The notes under the pieces were generated by a model. That model searched no databases, was not told the DNA's origin, and saw only the letters and a program-made list of their open reading frames with translations. DNA of 64,000 nt from Eledone cirrhosa. Lineage: Eukaryota. Made by a program: the position numbers and the translations under genes. This document shows, piece by piece, positions 14,978-41,900 of the stretch. The stretch covers positions 173,538,001 to 173,602,000 of the forward strand of contig OZ024743.1 in NCBI GenBank assembly GCA_964016885.1. Reading direction: 5' to 3'. Numbering within the stretch: position 1 is the first letter of the stretch; the number at the start of each line of letters is the position of its first letter.

Positions 14978-17900
14978 CAAACAAACAAATTAACAACACA
15001 CCAAAACAATTAAAACCATCCACTCTCGCCTCTACATTTTTGCTTAACGCCCAAGGCATCAGCCCTTCCACCAATACTCAAAAATGGAAGATCAAATTCC
15101 TGGAGGACTGGATTGATGTCCATCCAAACCACATCCCTTTCTTCGTCCTCACTGAAACCCATCTCAGTAACCTCCACTTGGAAGCCGAGGTGAAAGTGAA
15201 AAAATTTCAAAGCCATCCGTGCTGATCGCGCTGGCAGAAGAAAGGGCGGAACTGCCATTTATGTCCATAATTCTTTCTCAACAGAGGCTATGAACATATT
15301 CACTAATGGATACTGTGAGGCAGTCACTGTATTCAGTCAAACCAACAACCTATTAGTAGTTGGGCTCTATAGGCCACCCCAAACGCCTGTACCATGCTTC
15401 AAGGAATGCCTCAACAGCATAAAGTGTTTCATCCAAGAGTGTCACCCTGACAACATCTTAATGATGGGGGACTTCAACCTCCCCGGAGTTGACTGGTCCA
15501 CAAACACCCTGCCACCAGGTTCTTCTGCCTCAACCTCTGACAGGGAAGCTGTGGAATCGCTTCTTGACTTCATGGATGATTTCTTCCTATCCCAACTAGT
15601 GCTCGAACCAACGAGGTGCCACAAAAACGTCCTAGACTTAATTTTCAGCAATCACACTGACAATATCCACAATATTGCAGTGGAGAAAACTCTACTCTCT
15701 GATCATGACATGGTTCTCTGTGATCTGAGATTCCACCGTCCAATATACAAACCCAATGTCATTTCTCCTGTCCATCCGTTTGACGCTATGGATTTCCACA
15801 ATGCAAACTGGGAAGCGATCAGTCATGATCTTGCACATGTCGACTGGTCCTTCACGCACACTCATACACCCACTAACATCAAAAAGTCCTGGCAGACATT
15901 TGTGGACACTGTTACAAACATATGTGCTAAACACACCCCATTAAGAACTATAAACAAATCTAAGAGCAGAATCCCTAGAAATAGAAAAACACTCATCAGA
16001 AAAATTAAGAGAACGAACAAAAAAATCAACAAGCTGAAATACTGTCAGCAGCAACACATCAACTTGACTGCCATTTCATCACTAGAGATTAAAAAACATA
16101 ACCTCCAAAACAACATAATGTCCCTCATCAACAATCAGAGAAGAGCTGAAGAGGCCTGGGCCATTGAGAAGATCAAACTCAATCCAAAGTGTTCTTTTCA
16201 TTTGCAAAAAAACACAAAATCACTGCTCTACTGTTGGCCCTCTAATTGATGAAAATGGCACTCTTCAAGACAATGCTAAAACCATGGGTGAGATACTGCA
16301 GAAACAATACTGCTCTGTTTTCAGCAATCCTGATATGGCCGATCTGGGCTGTATCGGCGATGTTACTCCCCATTACACCTTATCGGACATAACGTTTGGC
16401 GCCCCTGATGTCTTGGCGGCAATAAAGGAAATCAAGCATAATTCAGCAGTAGGTCCCGATAGGTTCCCTGCTTGTGTCTTGAAGGCCGTGTCAACACCAA
16501 CTTGCTTCTCCTCTTGCCAATCTGTGGCGGAACTCACTGGATGCTGGATATGTGCCAGAAACACCTTCTATCCCAGTCTGTTGTCCCAGTTTTCAAAAAG
16601 GGAAACAAATCCCTTGCCGTGAATTACCGTCCAATCTCACTCACCTCTCATATCATTAAGGTATTTGAGCGAGTGGTGAGATCGCGAATGACCCACTTCC
16701 TTGAGAGTAACAATATGCTGAACTCCAACCAGCATGGATTTCCGTAATGGAAGGGATTGCCTGACGCAACTACTGCATCACTTGATGACATTTTGAGAGC
16801 CGTGGGAGAGGGTTCCAACACTGATGTTATCTACCTTGATTTCAGCAAGGCCTTTGACAGGGTTGATCATAACATTCTACTGAGAAAGCTGTCCAATATT
16901 GGTGTCACTGGAAAGCTGCTGCAGTGGATCAAGAGCTTCCTGTCAAACAGAACCCAACATGTTGTAGTTGAGGGAGTCAAATCAAGCCCAGCAAAGTCAG
17001 TAGTGGAGTCCCACAAGGCACTGTGTTGGGCCCACTTCTCTTCATCATCTATATTAATGACATCACTGACATCATCAAACACAGCAACATTAAAATTTTC
17101 GCTGATGATTCCAAGCTCCAAAAGGTCATCAATGGCGTGGATGACCGATAAAGCCTTCAGTCAGACCTACTGGCTGTTACCCAATGGGCAGAAAGAACAA
17201 CATGCTACTGAACGAAGACAAATTCGAACTGATCCACTTTGGAAAAGAGGATGCTCTGAAACTCCCGTACTCCCTTCCTCCGGGGAAACTCTCGTGGCAT
17301 CTAACAAACATCAGAGACTTGGGAGTAACCGTGGACAGCAACATAAGCTGGACCACGCATATAAGCAGCAAAGTTGACATGGCCCGCAGAATGTGTTCCT
17401 GGATCCTCAGAACCTTCCAGTCGAGAGATTCCCGCACCATTATCCTTCTCTTCTCTACTTTCGCCCGACCACACCTTGAATACTGTTGTCCACTGTGGTC
17501 TCCCCACACGAAACAAAGTATCATGAAACTGAAGCTCCTCAAAGGGCAATCACGAAAAAGATAGATGGCATGTCAGACCTTGACTACTGGGGTCGATTGG
17601 AAAACCTGAAACTTTTACTCACTCCAACGTCGCCGTGAGCGTTATATTATCTGCATGATGTGGAAAATGTTCATCATCACTGGCCCAAATGATGTTGGCA
17701 TCGCCTTCAAGATACACCCAAGCTTGGGCCCCGTGCTATCCGTCCCATTCAAAAATCTAAATCGCAACTCATAACAACAATACGGCACAATTATTTCACC
17801 TCAATCGGCCCTGCTCTCTTCAACATCACACCAGGACACGTCAAAACAGAAACTGACCACACAAAATTCAAGAAGTCTTTGGACAAATTCCTCCAAGTAA

Positions 17901-18070
17901 TCCGGACAAACCACCCACACCCGGATATGTCTCCGCAAACAGTAATTCTCTTCTCGAATGGGCCATGGTGCCCAAATCCTGAATTGAAAGACTTCGCCAG
18001 GTGGTGCTATTAAGTTAGACATGGCCTGGGCCAATACTGGCCAAAACATTTCAAAGTTATTCAAAGTTAT
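14630..18070 (+). mobile_element. CR1/L2-group LINE, 5'-truncated in ORF1, ORF2 (APE endonuclease + RT) frameshifted
   Basis: LLNAQG, LTETHL, GLYRPP, MGDFNLP, LDLIF, SDHD (APE); NYRPISLTS, QHGF, YLDFSKAFD, FADD, RDLGV, RPHLEYCCPLWSP (RT), spread over several frames. Tail is (TCAAAGTTAT)2. Confidence 0.92.
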
Positions 18071-23309
<5,239 letters not shown>

Positions 23310-23915
23310 ATAACTTTGAATAACTTTGAAATGTTTTGGGCCAGTATTGGCCCAGGCCATGTCTAACTTAATAGCACCACCTGGCGAAGTCTTTCAATTC
23401 AGGATTTGGGCACCATGGCCCATTCGAGAAGAGAATTACTGTTTGCGGAGACATATCCGGGTGTGGGTGGTTTGTCCGGATTACTTGGAGGAATTTGTCC
23501 AAAGACTTCTTGAATTTTGTGTGGTCAGTTTCTGTTTTGACGTGTCCTGGTGTGATGTTGAAGAGAGCAGGGCCGTTTGAGGTGAAATAATTGTACCGTT
23601 ATTGTTGTTATGAGTTGCGATTTAGATTTTTGAATGGGACGGATAGCACGGGGCCCAAGCCTTGGGTGTATCTTGAAGGCGATGCCAACATCATTTGGGC
23701 AGTGATGATGGAACATTTTCCACATCATGCAGATAATATAACGCTCACGGCGACGTTGGAGTGAGTAAAGTTTCAGGTTTTCCAATCGACCCCGGTAGTC
23801 AAGGTCTGACATGCCATCTATCTTTTTCGTGATTGCCCTTTGAGGAGCTTCAAGTTCATGATACTTTGTTTCGTGTGGGGAGACCACAGTGGACAACAGT
23901 ATTCAAGGTGTGGTC
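23310..23915 (-). mobile_element. Inverted 3' end of the same CR1/L2-group LINE, running into an assembly gap
   Basis: Near-identical reverse complement of ~17467-18070, including the tail; encodes LKLYSLQRRRERY. Confidence 0.92.
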
Positions 23916-24115
23916 NNNNNNNNNNNNNNNNNNNNNNNNNNNNNNNNNNNNNNNNNNNNNNNNNNNNNNNNNNNNNNNNNNNNNNNNNNNNNNNNNNNNN
24001 NNNNNNNNNNNNNNNNNNNNNNNNNNNNNNNNNNNNNNNNNNNNNNNNNNNNNNNNNNNNNNNNNNNNNNNNNNNNNNNNNNNNNNNNNNNNNNNNNNNN
24101 NNNNNNNNNNNNNNN
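23916..24115. other. Assembly gap (200 N)
   Basis: Run of N. Confidence 1.
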
Positions 24116-25226
<1,111 letters not shown>

Positions 25227-25437
25227 ACGTTATTCCGGGTTGAATCGGAGGTAACCACATTTTAATGAATTCCCTTTTCTATCAACCAATGACCTGCACC
25301 CATCCCACTCCCCACCCTCTCCTACCACTTGTAGAGACCTATAAATACCATATTTATTTTTTGATACCCAGATTCCTGATGATTTCAAATGAATGAAACA
25401 GTTCTAGTCCTGTAGAATCTCATCTATATTAAAACTA
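25227..25437 (+). mobile_element. Penelope-like 3' tip / solo pLTR
   Basis: VIPGLNRR-stop (PxLNR end), CCAAT 25286, TATAAATA 25340, hammerhead, ATTAAA 25428; (TA)n on both sides. Confidence 0.72.
25370..25420 (+). ncRNA. Type I hammerhead ribozyme
   Basis: AGATTC-CTGATGA-TTTCAAATGAAT-GAAA-CAG-TTCTAGTC-CTG-TA-GAATCT; full stems I and III, weak stem II. Confidence 0.82.
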
Positions 25438-25725
25438 TAGTATATATATATATATAGTATATATATATATAGTATATATATATATATAGTATATATATAT
25501 ATACTATATATATATATATAGTTTATATATATATAGTATATATATATAGTATATATATATATATAGTATATATATATATATAGTATATATATATATATAT
25601 ATGTATATATATAGTATATATATATATATAGTATATATATATATATAGTATATATATATAGTATATATGTATATATATAGTATATATATATATATAGTAT
25701 ATATATATATAGTATATATATATAG

Positions 25726-25781
<56 letters not shown>

Positions 25782-25867
25782 GTATATATATATATATATG
25801 TATATAGTATATATATATATATAGTATATATATATATAGTTATATATATATATATATATATATATAT
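25438..25867. repeat. (TA)n microsatellite with AG interruptions
   Basis: Direct reading. Confidence 0.95.
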
Positions 25868-26391
25868 CTTACAGACCCACACTCCCCCCGGCCTGAACTC
25901 CCCACCCTTATTCCTTTAGCGTTCGACCGCCCCCCTCCCCCACTTATCCCCCACTAACACCACTAACACACCCCTCCTTTTCATCGCCCACCCCACACTA
26001 ACAATACTAACACCTCCACTCCACCCCTCATCTAACCACCCTTCCCCAACTAACATACTAACATCCCTTCCCTCCCCTCTTCTCCTCCTCCCCCCTCCTT
26101 ATCACATGCACACACTTACACCACCCACCCCACATGCAACTAACATCACTAACACCCTCCAACCTCACGCACACGTACCCACACACCCTCGTACACCACC
26201 AACTCTACACACCCTACCTCCACTAACCCCCACTCACACCTGCATTCCACCCCTCCCCACCTTCCGTCTACTAACACCCACTAACACCTCACCAAACTAC
26301 ACACACACCAGTACACCACACTCCCTCCATAGAACCACACACACCCTTCTCTCCCACTCCACACTCACTCATCCCACTAACACCCCTACTA

Positions 26392-26438
<47 letters not shown>

Positions 26439-27390
26439 CCTCACTCCAACTCTCACACCTACCCATCCTCGCATCCCTACCATTCCGCTGACTGCTGCTA
26501 TGCCCTTCCGACCACTGTCTCAGCACCAACTGACCACAGCACTTCCACTGCTGACCACTTCTTGTTGCGCGCGCACCCCACATCTCTCCTCTTCCGACCA
26601 CCGCTTCTTGGATTACCCACACGCGTTTTGACTTCCAACCAAAATCTCCATACATCCGTGTAACTTACCACTTTCAACCATCCTCTAACACCATCACCTA
26701 TATAACTCACCCACACACACATCCCAAAACAAATTTTTTTATCCACACGCCACCCACACCCACAACACGCTTAAACCACACACACGTGCTTCCCACCACA
26801 TATTTACACCCTCAGCCCCCTGATTCCTCTCCCCCCACCCCCTATCCACACACGCACAGACCCTCCGACACACAAAAACACCCCCACACACACCTTCCTG
26901 AACATGCAACCCCGTTCTTCCCCCAACCCTCACTTTCACATACACACACACACACACACACACGCACACCTAACCACACACACCACCTTCAGCCCTCCCC
27001 GCTCGGACACCCCGTCTCCCTCTCCCCACTCCACCCGCCTCCACCTCTACTCACCCCACACCCTTCCACCACCTGTTTACCCCCCTTTTAATTTCAGTTT
27101 ATTTTGATCATGCCTTTATTTTTAAATGTTCTCATTCCTTGTATTTTGATCATGCTTTATTTTTATTTATTATTTATTATATTTTTGTCTTTATTTGTTA
27201 ATTTTTCATTCGCACCGTTTCCTTTCGCTATATGTCTCTCCACCACTCCCCTACACACCTTTTGAACTCTTACCTGAAGAAGGGCTTATGCCCGAAACGT
27301 CGTCCTCCACCTACCCCCCACTCTCCTGAGCGTGAATCTAATAAACATTTGTCGTACTGCCTCTCTGTTCTGTCCCTGTTCAATTTTTTA
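25868..27390 (+). mobile_element. Probable Penelope-like element 3' region, C/A-rich, ending in pLTR
   Basis: Strongly C/A-skewed 1.2 kb, then a T-rich block, hammerhead core at 27274 and AATAAA at 27340; flanked by (TA)n. Confidence 0.55.
27272..27303 (+). ncRNA. Minimal hammerhead motif
   Basis: AC-CTGAAGAA-GGGC-TTAT-GCCC-GAAA-CG-TC-GT; palindromic ACGT stem III, stem I only 2 bp. Confidence 0.7.
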
Positions 27391-32755
<5,365 letters not shown>

Positions 32756-32870
32756 CATGTAAGTATGTATGAATTTATCTATGTATGTATAGATGTTTGT
32801 TTGTTTTATTTGTTGGTTGTATTTGGTTTTTCCTTTAACATTTATTTAAATTCTTCTTTACAAAATTCAG

Positions 32871-32930
32871 TGTTCTGGTCACTAAGACACGTCTTTGAGT
32901 TCAGACAATTCCAGGATTTTAAATATGGCG
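32871..32930 (+). CDS. Candidate 60-bp host exon (xFWSLRHVFEFRQFQDFKYG)
   Basis: Pyrimidine-rich upstream region, TTCAG acceptor, G|GTATCA donor, open frame, unique island between two satellites. Confidence 0.45.
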
Positions 32931-32933
32931 GTA

Positions 32934-35900
32934 TCATAGTGTGTATATATGTAGGTGTAGATATGTGGGTGTGATAGTGTGTATATATGTAGGTGTAGAT
33001 ATGTGTGTATGATAGTGTGTATATATGTAGGTGTAGATATGTGTGTATATATGTAGGTGTAGATATGTGGGTGTGATAGTGTGTATATATGTAGGTGTAG
33101 ATATGTGTGTGTGATAGTGTGTATATATGTAGGTGTAGATATGTGTGTATGATAGTGTGTATATATGTAGGTGTAGATATGTGTGTATATATGTAGGTGT
33201 AGATATGTGTGTGTGATAGTGTGTATATATGTAGGTGTAGATATGTGTGTGTGATAGTGTGTATATATGTAGGTGTAGATATGTGTGTATGATAGTGTGT
33301 ATATATGTAGGTGTAGATATGTGTGTGTGATAGTGTGTATATATGTAGATGTAGGTATGTGTGTGTGATAGTGTGTATATATGTAGAGTGTAGATATGTG
33401 TGTGTGATAGTGTGTATATATGTAGGTGTAGATATGTGTGTGTGATAGTGTGTCTATATGTAGATGTAGGTATGTGTGTGTGATAGTGTGTATATATGTA
33501 GGTGTAGATATGTGGGTGTGATAGTGTGTATATATGTAGGTGTAGATATGTGTGTGTGATTATGTGTATATATGTAGATGTAGATATGTGTGTGTGATAG
33601 TGTGTATATATGTAGGTGTAGATATGTGTGTGTGATAGTGTGTATATATGTAGATGTAGGTATGTGTGTGTGATAGTGTGTATATATGTAGATGTAGGTA
33701 TGAGGGTGTGATAGTGTGTCTATATGTAGGTGTAGATATGTGTGTATGATAGTGCGTATATATGTAGGTGTAGATATGTGGGTGTGATAGTGTGTATATA
33801 TGTAGGTGTAGATATGTGGGTGTGATTATGTGTATATATGTAGATGTAGGTATGTGGGTGTGATAGTGTGTATATATGTAGATGTAGGTATGTGGGTGTG
33901 ATAGTGTGTATATATGTAGGTGTAGATATGTGTGTGTGATAGTGTGTATATATGTACATGTAGATATGTGGGTTGTGATAGTGTGTCTATATGTAGGTGT
34001 AGATATGTGGGTGTGATAGTGTGTCTATATGTGTAGATGTGTGGGTGTGATAGTGTGTATATATGTAGATATAGGTATGTGGGTGTGATAGTGTGTCTAT
34101 ATGTAGGTGTAGATATGTGGGTGTGATAGTGTGTCTATATGTGTAGATGTGTGGGTGTGATAGTGTGTATATATGTAGGTGTAGATATGTGGGCTGATAG
34201 TGTGTCTATGTGTAGATGTAGATATGTGTGTGTGATAGTGTGTATATATGTAGGTGTAGATATGTGGGTGTGATAGTGTGTCTATATGTAGATGTAGGTA
34301 TGTGTGTGTGATAGTGTGTATATATGTAGATGTAGATATGTGGGTGTGATAGTGTGTATATATGTAGTTGTAGATATGTGTGTGTGATAGTGTGTATATA
34401 TGTAGGTGTAGATATGTGGGTGTGATAGTGTGTATATATGTAGGTGTAGATATGTGGGTGTGATAGTGTGTATATATGTAGGTGTAGATATGTGGGTGTG
34501 ATAGTGTGTATATATGTAGATGTAGGTATGTGGGTGTGATAGTGTGTATATATGTGTAGATGTAGGCATGTGGGTGTGATAGTGTGTCTATGTGTAGATG
34601 TAGGCATGCGGGTGTGATAGTGTGTATATATGTAGGTGTAGATATGTGTGTGTGATAGTGTGTCTATATGTAGGTGTAGATATGTGGGTGTGATAGTGTG
34701 TATATATATAGATGTAGATATGTGTGTGTGATAGTGTGTATATATGTAGGTGTAGGCATGTGAGTGTGATAGTGTGTCTATATGTAGGTGTAGATGTGTG
34801 GGTGTGATAGTGTGTATATATGTAGGTGTAGATATGTGTGTGTGATAGTGTGTATATATATGTAGGTGTAGATATGTGGGTGTGATAGTGTGTATATATG
34901 TGTAGATGTAGATATAGACACACTATCACACCCACATGCCTACATCTACACATATATACACACTATCACACACACATATCTACACCTACATATATACACA
35001 CTATCACACCCACATATCTACACCTACATATATACACACTATCACACCCACATACCTACACCTACATATATACATACTATCACACACACATATCTACACC
35101 TACATATAGACACACTATCACACCCTCATACCTACATCTACATATATACACACTATCACACCCACATATCTACACCTACATATAGACACACTATCACACC
35201 CACATGCCTACACCTACATATATACACACTATCACACACACATATCTACATCTATATATATACACACTATCACACCCACATATCTACACCTACATATATA
35301 CACACTATCACACACACATATCTACATCTACATATATACACACTATCACACACACATATCTACACCTACATATATACACACTATCACACCCACATATCTA
35401 CACCTACATATATACACACTATCACACACACATGCCTACACCTACATATAGACACACTATCACACACGCATATCTACATGTACATATATACACACTATCA
35501 CACACACATATGTAGGTGTAGATATGTGGGTGTGATAGTGTGTCTATATGTAGGTGTAGATGTGTGGGTGTGATAGTGTGTCTATATGTAGGTGTAGATA
35601 TGTGGGTGTGATAGTGTGTATATATGTAGATGTAGATATGTGTGTATGATAGTGTGTATATATGTAGGTGTAGGTATGTGTGTGTGATAGTGTGTCTATA
35701 TGTAGGTGTAGATATGTGTGTGTGATAGTGTGTCTATATGTAGATGTAGATATGTGTGTGTGATAGTGTGTATATATGTAGATGTAGATATGTGGGTGTG
35801 ATAGTGTGTATATATGTAGATGTAGATATGTGTGTGTGATAGTGTGTATATATGTAGGTGTAGATATGTGTGTGTGATAGTGTGTATATATGTACATGTA

Positions 35901-38900
35901 GATATGTGTGTGTGATAGTGTGTATATATGTAGGTGTAGATATGTGGGTGTGATAGTGTGTATATATATAGATGTAAATATGTGTGTGTGATAGTGTGTA
36001 TATATGTAGATGTAGGTATGAGGGTGTGATAGTGTGTATATATGTAGGTGTAGATATGTGTGTGTGATAGTGTGTCTATATGTAGATGTAGATATGTGTG
36101 TGTGATAGTGTGTATATATGTAGATGTAGGTATGAGGGTGTGATAGTGTGTCTATATGTAGGTGTAGATATGTGTGTGTGATAGTGTGTATATATGTAGG
36201 TGTAGGTATGTGGGTGTGATAGTGTGTATATATGTAGGTGTAGATATGTGGGTGTGATAGTGTGTATATATGTAGGTGTAGATATGTGGGTGTGATAGTG
36301 TGTATATATGTAGGTGTAGATATGTGGGTGTGATAGTGTGTATATATGTGTAGATGTAGGCATGTGGGTGTGATAGCGTGTATATATGTAGGTGTAGATA
36401 TGTGTGTGTGATAGTGTGTATATATGTAGGTGTAGGTATGTGGGTGTGATCGTGTGTATATATGTAGGTGTAGATATGTGTGTATGATAGTGTGTATATA
36501 TGTAGGTGTAGATATGTGGGTGTGATTATGTGTATATAAGTAGATGTAGGTATGTGGTGTGATAGTGTGTATATATGTAGATGTAGGTATGTGGGTGTGA
36601 TAGTGTGTCTATATGTAGGTGTAGATATGTGTGTGTGATAGTGTGTATATATGTAGGTGTAGTATGTGGGTGTGATAGTGTGTATATATGTAGGTGTAGA
36701 TATGTGTGTATGATAGTGTGTATATATGTAGGTGTAGATATGTGGGTGTGATAGTGTGTATAAACGTAGGTGTAGATATGTGGGTGTGATCGTGTGTATA
36801 TATGTAGATGTAGGTATGTGGGTGTGATAGTGTGTCTATATGTAGGTGTAGATATGTGTGTGTGATAGTGTGTATATATGTAGGTGTAGGTATGTGGGTG
36901 TGATAGTGTGTATATATGTAGGTGTAGATATGTGGGTGTGATAGTGTGTATATACGTAGGTGTAGATATGTGGGTGTGATAGTGTGTCTATATGTGTAGA
37001 TGTGTGGCTGTGATAGTGTGTATATATGTAGGTGTAGATATGTGGGGGTGATAGTGTGTCTATGTGTAGATGTAGATATGTGTGTGTGATAGTGTGTATA
37101 TATGTAGGTGTAGATATGTGGGTGTGATAGTGTGTCTATATGTAGGTGTAGGTATGTGTGTGTGATAGTGTGTATATATGTAGATGTAGATATGTGTGTG
37201 TGATAGTGTGTCTATATGTAGGTGTAGATATGTGGGTGTGATAGTGTGTATATATGTAGGTGTAGATATGTGGGTGTGATAGTGTGTATATATGTAGGTG
37301 TAGGGATGTGGGTGTGATAGTGTGTATATATGTGTAGATGTAGATATGTGGGTGTGATAGTGTGTATACATGTGTAGATGTAGATATAGACACACTATCA
37401 CACCCACATGCCTACATCTACACATATATACACACTATCACACATACATATCTATACCTACATATATACACACTATCACACACACATATCTACACCTACA
37501 TATATACACACTATCACACCCACACATCTACACCTACATATAGACACACTATCACACCCACATATCTACACCTACATATATACACACTATCACACCCACA
37601 TATCTACACCTACATATATACACACTATCACACACACATATCTACATCTACATATAGACACACTATCACACACACATACCTACACCTACATATATACACA
37701 CTAGCACACCCACATATCTACACCTACATATATACACACTATCACACACACATATCTACACCTACATATAGACACACTATCACACCCACATATCTACATC
37801 TACACGTATATACACACTATCACACACACATATCTACACCTACATATATACACACTATCACACCCACATACCTACACCTACATATATACACACTATCACA
37901 CACACATATCTACACCTACATATATACACACTATCACACCCACATATCTACACCTACATATATACACACTATCACACACACATATCTACACCTACATATA
38001 TACACACTATCACACCCACACATCTACACCTACATATAGACACACTATCACACCCGCATGCCTACACCTACATATATACACACTATCACACACACATATC
38101 TACATCTATATATATACAGACTATCACACCCACATATCTACACCTACATATATACACACTATCACACACACATATCTACATCTACATATATACACACTAT
38201 CACACACACATATCTACACCTACATATATACACACTATCACACACACATATCTACATCTACATATATACACACTATCACACCCACATATCTACACCTACA
38301 TATATACACACTATCACACACACATATCTACATGTACATATATACACACTATCACACACACATATGTAGGTGTAGGTATGTGTGTGTGATAGTGTGTATA
38401 TATGTACATGTAGATATGTGGGTGTGATAGTGTGTCTATATGTAGGTGTAGATGTGTGGGTGTGATAGTGTGTATATATGTAGGTGTAGGTATGTGGGTG
38501 TGATAGTGTGTATATATGTAGGTGTAGATGTGTGTGTGTGATAGTGTGTCTATATGTAGGTGTAGATATGTGTGTGTGATAGTGTGTATATATGTAGGTG
38601 TAGGTATGTGGGTGTGATAGTGTGTATATATGTAGGTGTAGATATGTGTGTATGATAGTGTGTATATATGTAGGTGTAGATATGTGGGTGTGATAGTGTG
38701 TATATATGTAGGTGTAGATATGTGGGTGTGATAGTGTGTCTATATGTGTAGATGTAGGCATGTGGGTGTGATAGTGTGTCTATATGTGTAGATGTGTGGG
38801 TGTGATAGTGTGTATATATGTAGGTGTAGATATGTGGGGGTGATAGTGTGTCTATGTGTAGATGTAGATATGTGTGTGTGATAGTGTGTATATATGTAGG

Positions 38901-41900
38901 TGTAGATATGTGGGTGTGATAGTGTGTCTATATGTAGGTGTAGGTATGTGTGTGTGATAGTGTGTATATATGTAGATGTAGATATGTGGGTGTGATAGTG
39001 TGTATATATGTAGTTGTAGATATGTGTGTGTGATAGTGTGTATATATGTAGGTGTAGATATGTGTGTGTGATAGTGTGTATATATGTAGGTGTAGATATG
39101 TGGGTGTGATAGTGTGTATATATGTAGGTGTAGATATGTGGGTGTGATAGTGTGTATATATGTAGATGTAGGTATGTTGGTGTGATAGTGTGTATATATG
39201 TGTAGATGTAGGCATGTGGGTGTGATAGTGTGTCTATGTGTAGATGTAGGCATGCGGGTGTGATAGTGTGTATATATGTAGGTGTAGATATGTGTGTGTG
39301 ATAGTGTGTCTATATGTAGGTGTAGATATGTGGGTGTGATAGTGTGTATATATATAGATGTAGATATGTGTGATAGTGTGTATATATGTAGGTGTAGGCA
39401 TGTGAGTGTGATAGTGTGTCTATATGTAGGTGTAGATGTGTGGGTGTGATAGTGTGTATATATGTAGGTGTAGATATGTGTGTGTGATAGTGTGTATATA
39501 TATGTAGGTGTAGATATGTGTGCGTGATAGTGTGTCTATATGTAGATGTAGATATGTGGGTGTGATAGTGTGTATATATGTGTAGATGTAGATATAGACA
39601 CACTATCACACCCACATGCCTACATCTACACATATATACACACTATCACACACACATATCTACACCTACATATATACACACTATCACACACACATATCTA
39701 CACCTACATATATACACACTATCACACCCACACATCTACACCTACATATAGACACACTATCACACCCACATATCTACACCTACATATATACACACTATCA
39801 CACCCTCATACCTACATCTACATATATACACACTATCACACACACATATCTACATCTACATATAGACACACTATCACACACACATATCTACACCTACATA
39901 TATACACACTAGCACACCCACATATCTACACCTACATATATACACGCTATCACACCCACATGCCTACATCTACACATATATACACACTATCACACCCACA
40001 TATCTACACCTACATATATACACACTATCACACCCACATATCTACACCTACATATATACACACTATCACACCCACATATCTACACCTACATATATACACA
40101 CTATCACACCCACATACCTACACCTACATATATACACACTATCACACACACATATCTACACGTACATATAGACACACTATCACACCCTCATACCTACATC
40201 TACATATATACACACTATCACACCCACATATCTACACCTACATATAGACACACTATCACACCCACATGCCTACACCTACATATATACACACTATCACACA
40301 CACATATCTACATCTATATATATACACACTATCACACCCACATATCTACACCTACATATATACACACTATCACACACACATATCTACATCTACATATATA
40401 CACACTATCACACACACATATCTACACCTACATATATACACACTATCACACACACATATCTACATCTACATATATACACACTATCACACCCACATATCTA
40501 CACCTACATATATACACACTATCACACACACATGCCTACACCTACATATAGACACACTATCACACACACATATCTACATGTACATATATACACACTATCA
40601 CACACACATATGTAGGTGTAGATATGTGGGTGTGATAGTGTGTCTATATGTAGGTGTAGATGTGTGGGTGTGATAGTGTGTCTATATGTAGGTGTAGATA
40701 TGTGGGTGTGATAGTGTGTATATATGTAGATGTAGATATGTGTGTATGATAGTGTGTATATATGTAGGTGTAGGTATGTGTGTGTGATAGTGTGTCTATA
40801 TGTAGGTGTAGATATGTGTGTGTGATAGTGTGTCTATATGTAGATGTAGATATGTGTGTGTGATAGTGTGTATATATGTAGATGTAGATATGTGGGTGTG
40901 ATAGTGTGTATATATGTAGATGTAGATATGTGTGTGTGATAGTGTGTATATATGTAGGTGTAGATATGTGTGTGTGATAGTGTGTATATATGTAGATGTA
41001 GATATGTGTGTGTGATAGTGTGTATATATGTAGGTGTAGATATGTGGGTGTGATAGTGTGTATATATATAGATGTAGATATGTGTGTGTGATAGTGTGTA
41101 TATATGTAGATGTAGGTATGAGGGTGTGATAGTGTGTATATATGTAGGTGTAGATATGTGTGTGTGATAGTGTGTCTATATGTAGATGTAGATATGTGTG
41201 TGTGATAGTGTGTATATATGTAGATGTAGGTATGAGGGTGTGATAGTGTGTCTATATGTAGGTGTAGATATGTGTGTGTGATAGTGTGTATATATGTAGG
41301 TGTAGGTATGTGGGTGTGATAGTGTGTATATATGTAGGTGTAGATATGTGGGTGTGATAGTGTGTATATATGTAGGTGTAGATATGTGGGTGTGATAGTG
41401 TGTATATATGTAGGTGTAGATATGTGGGTGTGATAGTGTGTATATATGTGTAGATGTAGGCATGTGGGTGTGATAGCGTGTATATATGTAGGTGTAGATA
41501 TGTGTGTGTGATAGTGTGTATATATGTAGGTGTAGGTATGTGGGTGTGATAGTGTGTATATATGTAGGTGTAGATATGTGTGTATGATAGTGTGTATATA
41601 TGTAGGTGTAGATATGTGGGTGTGATAGTGTGTATATATGTAGGTGTAGATATGTAGGTGTGATTATGTGTATATAAGTAGATGTAGGTATGTGGGTGTG
41701 ATAGTGTGTATATATGTAGATGTAGGTATGTGGGTGTGATAGTGTGTCTATATGTAGGTGTAGATATGTGTGTGTGATAGTGTGTATATATGTAGGTGTA
41801 GGTATGTGGGTGTGATAGTGTGTATATATGTAGGTGTAGATATGTGTGTATGATAGTGTGTATATATGTAGGTGTAGATATGTGGGTGTGATAGTGTGTA

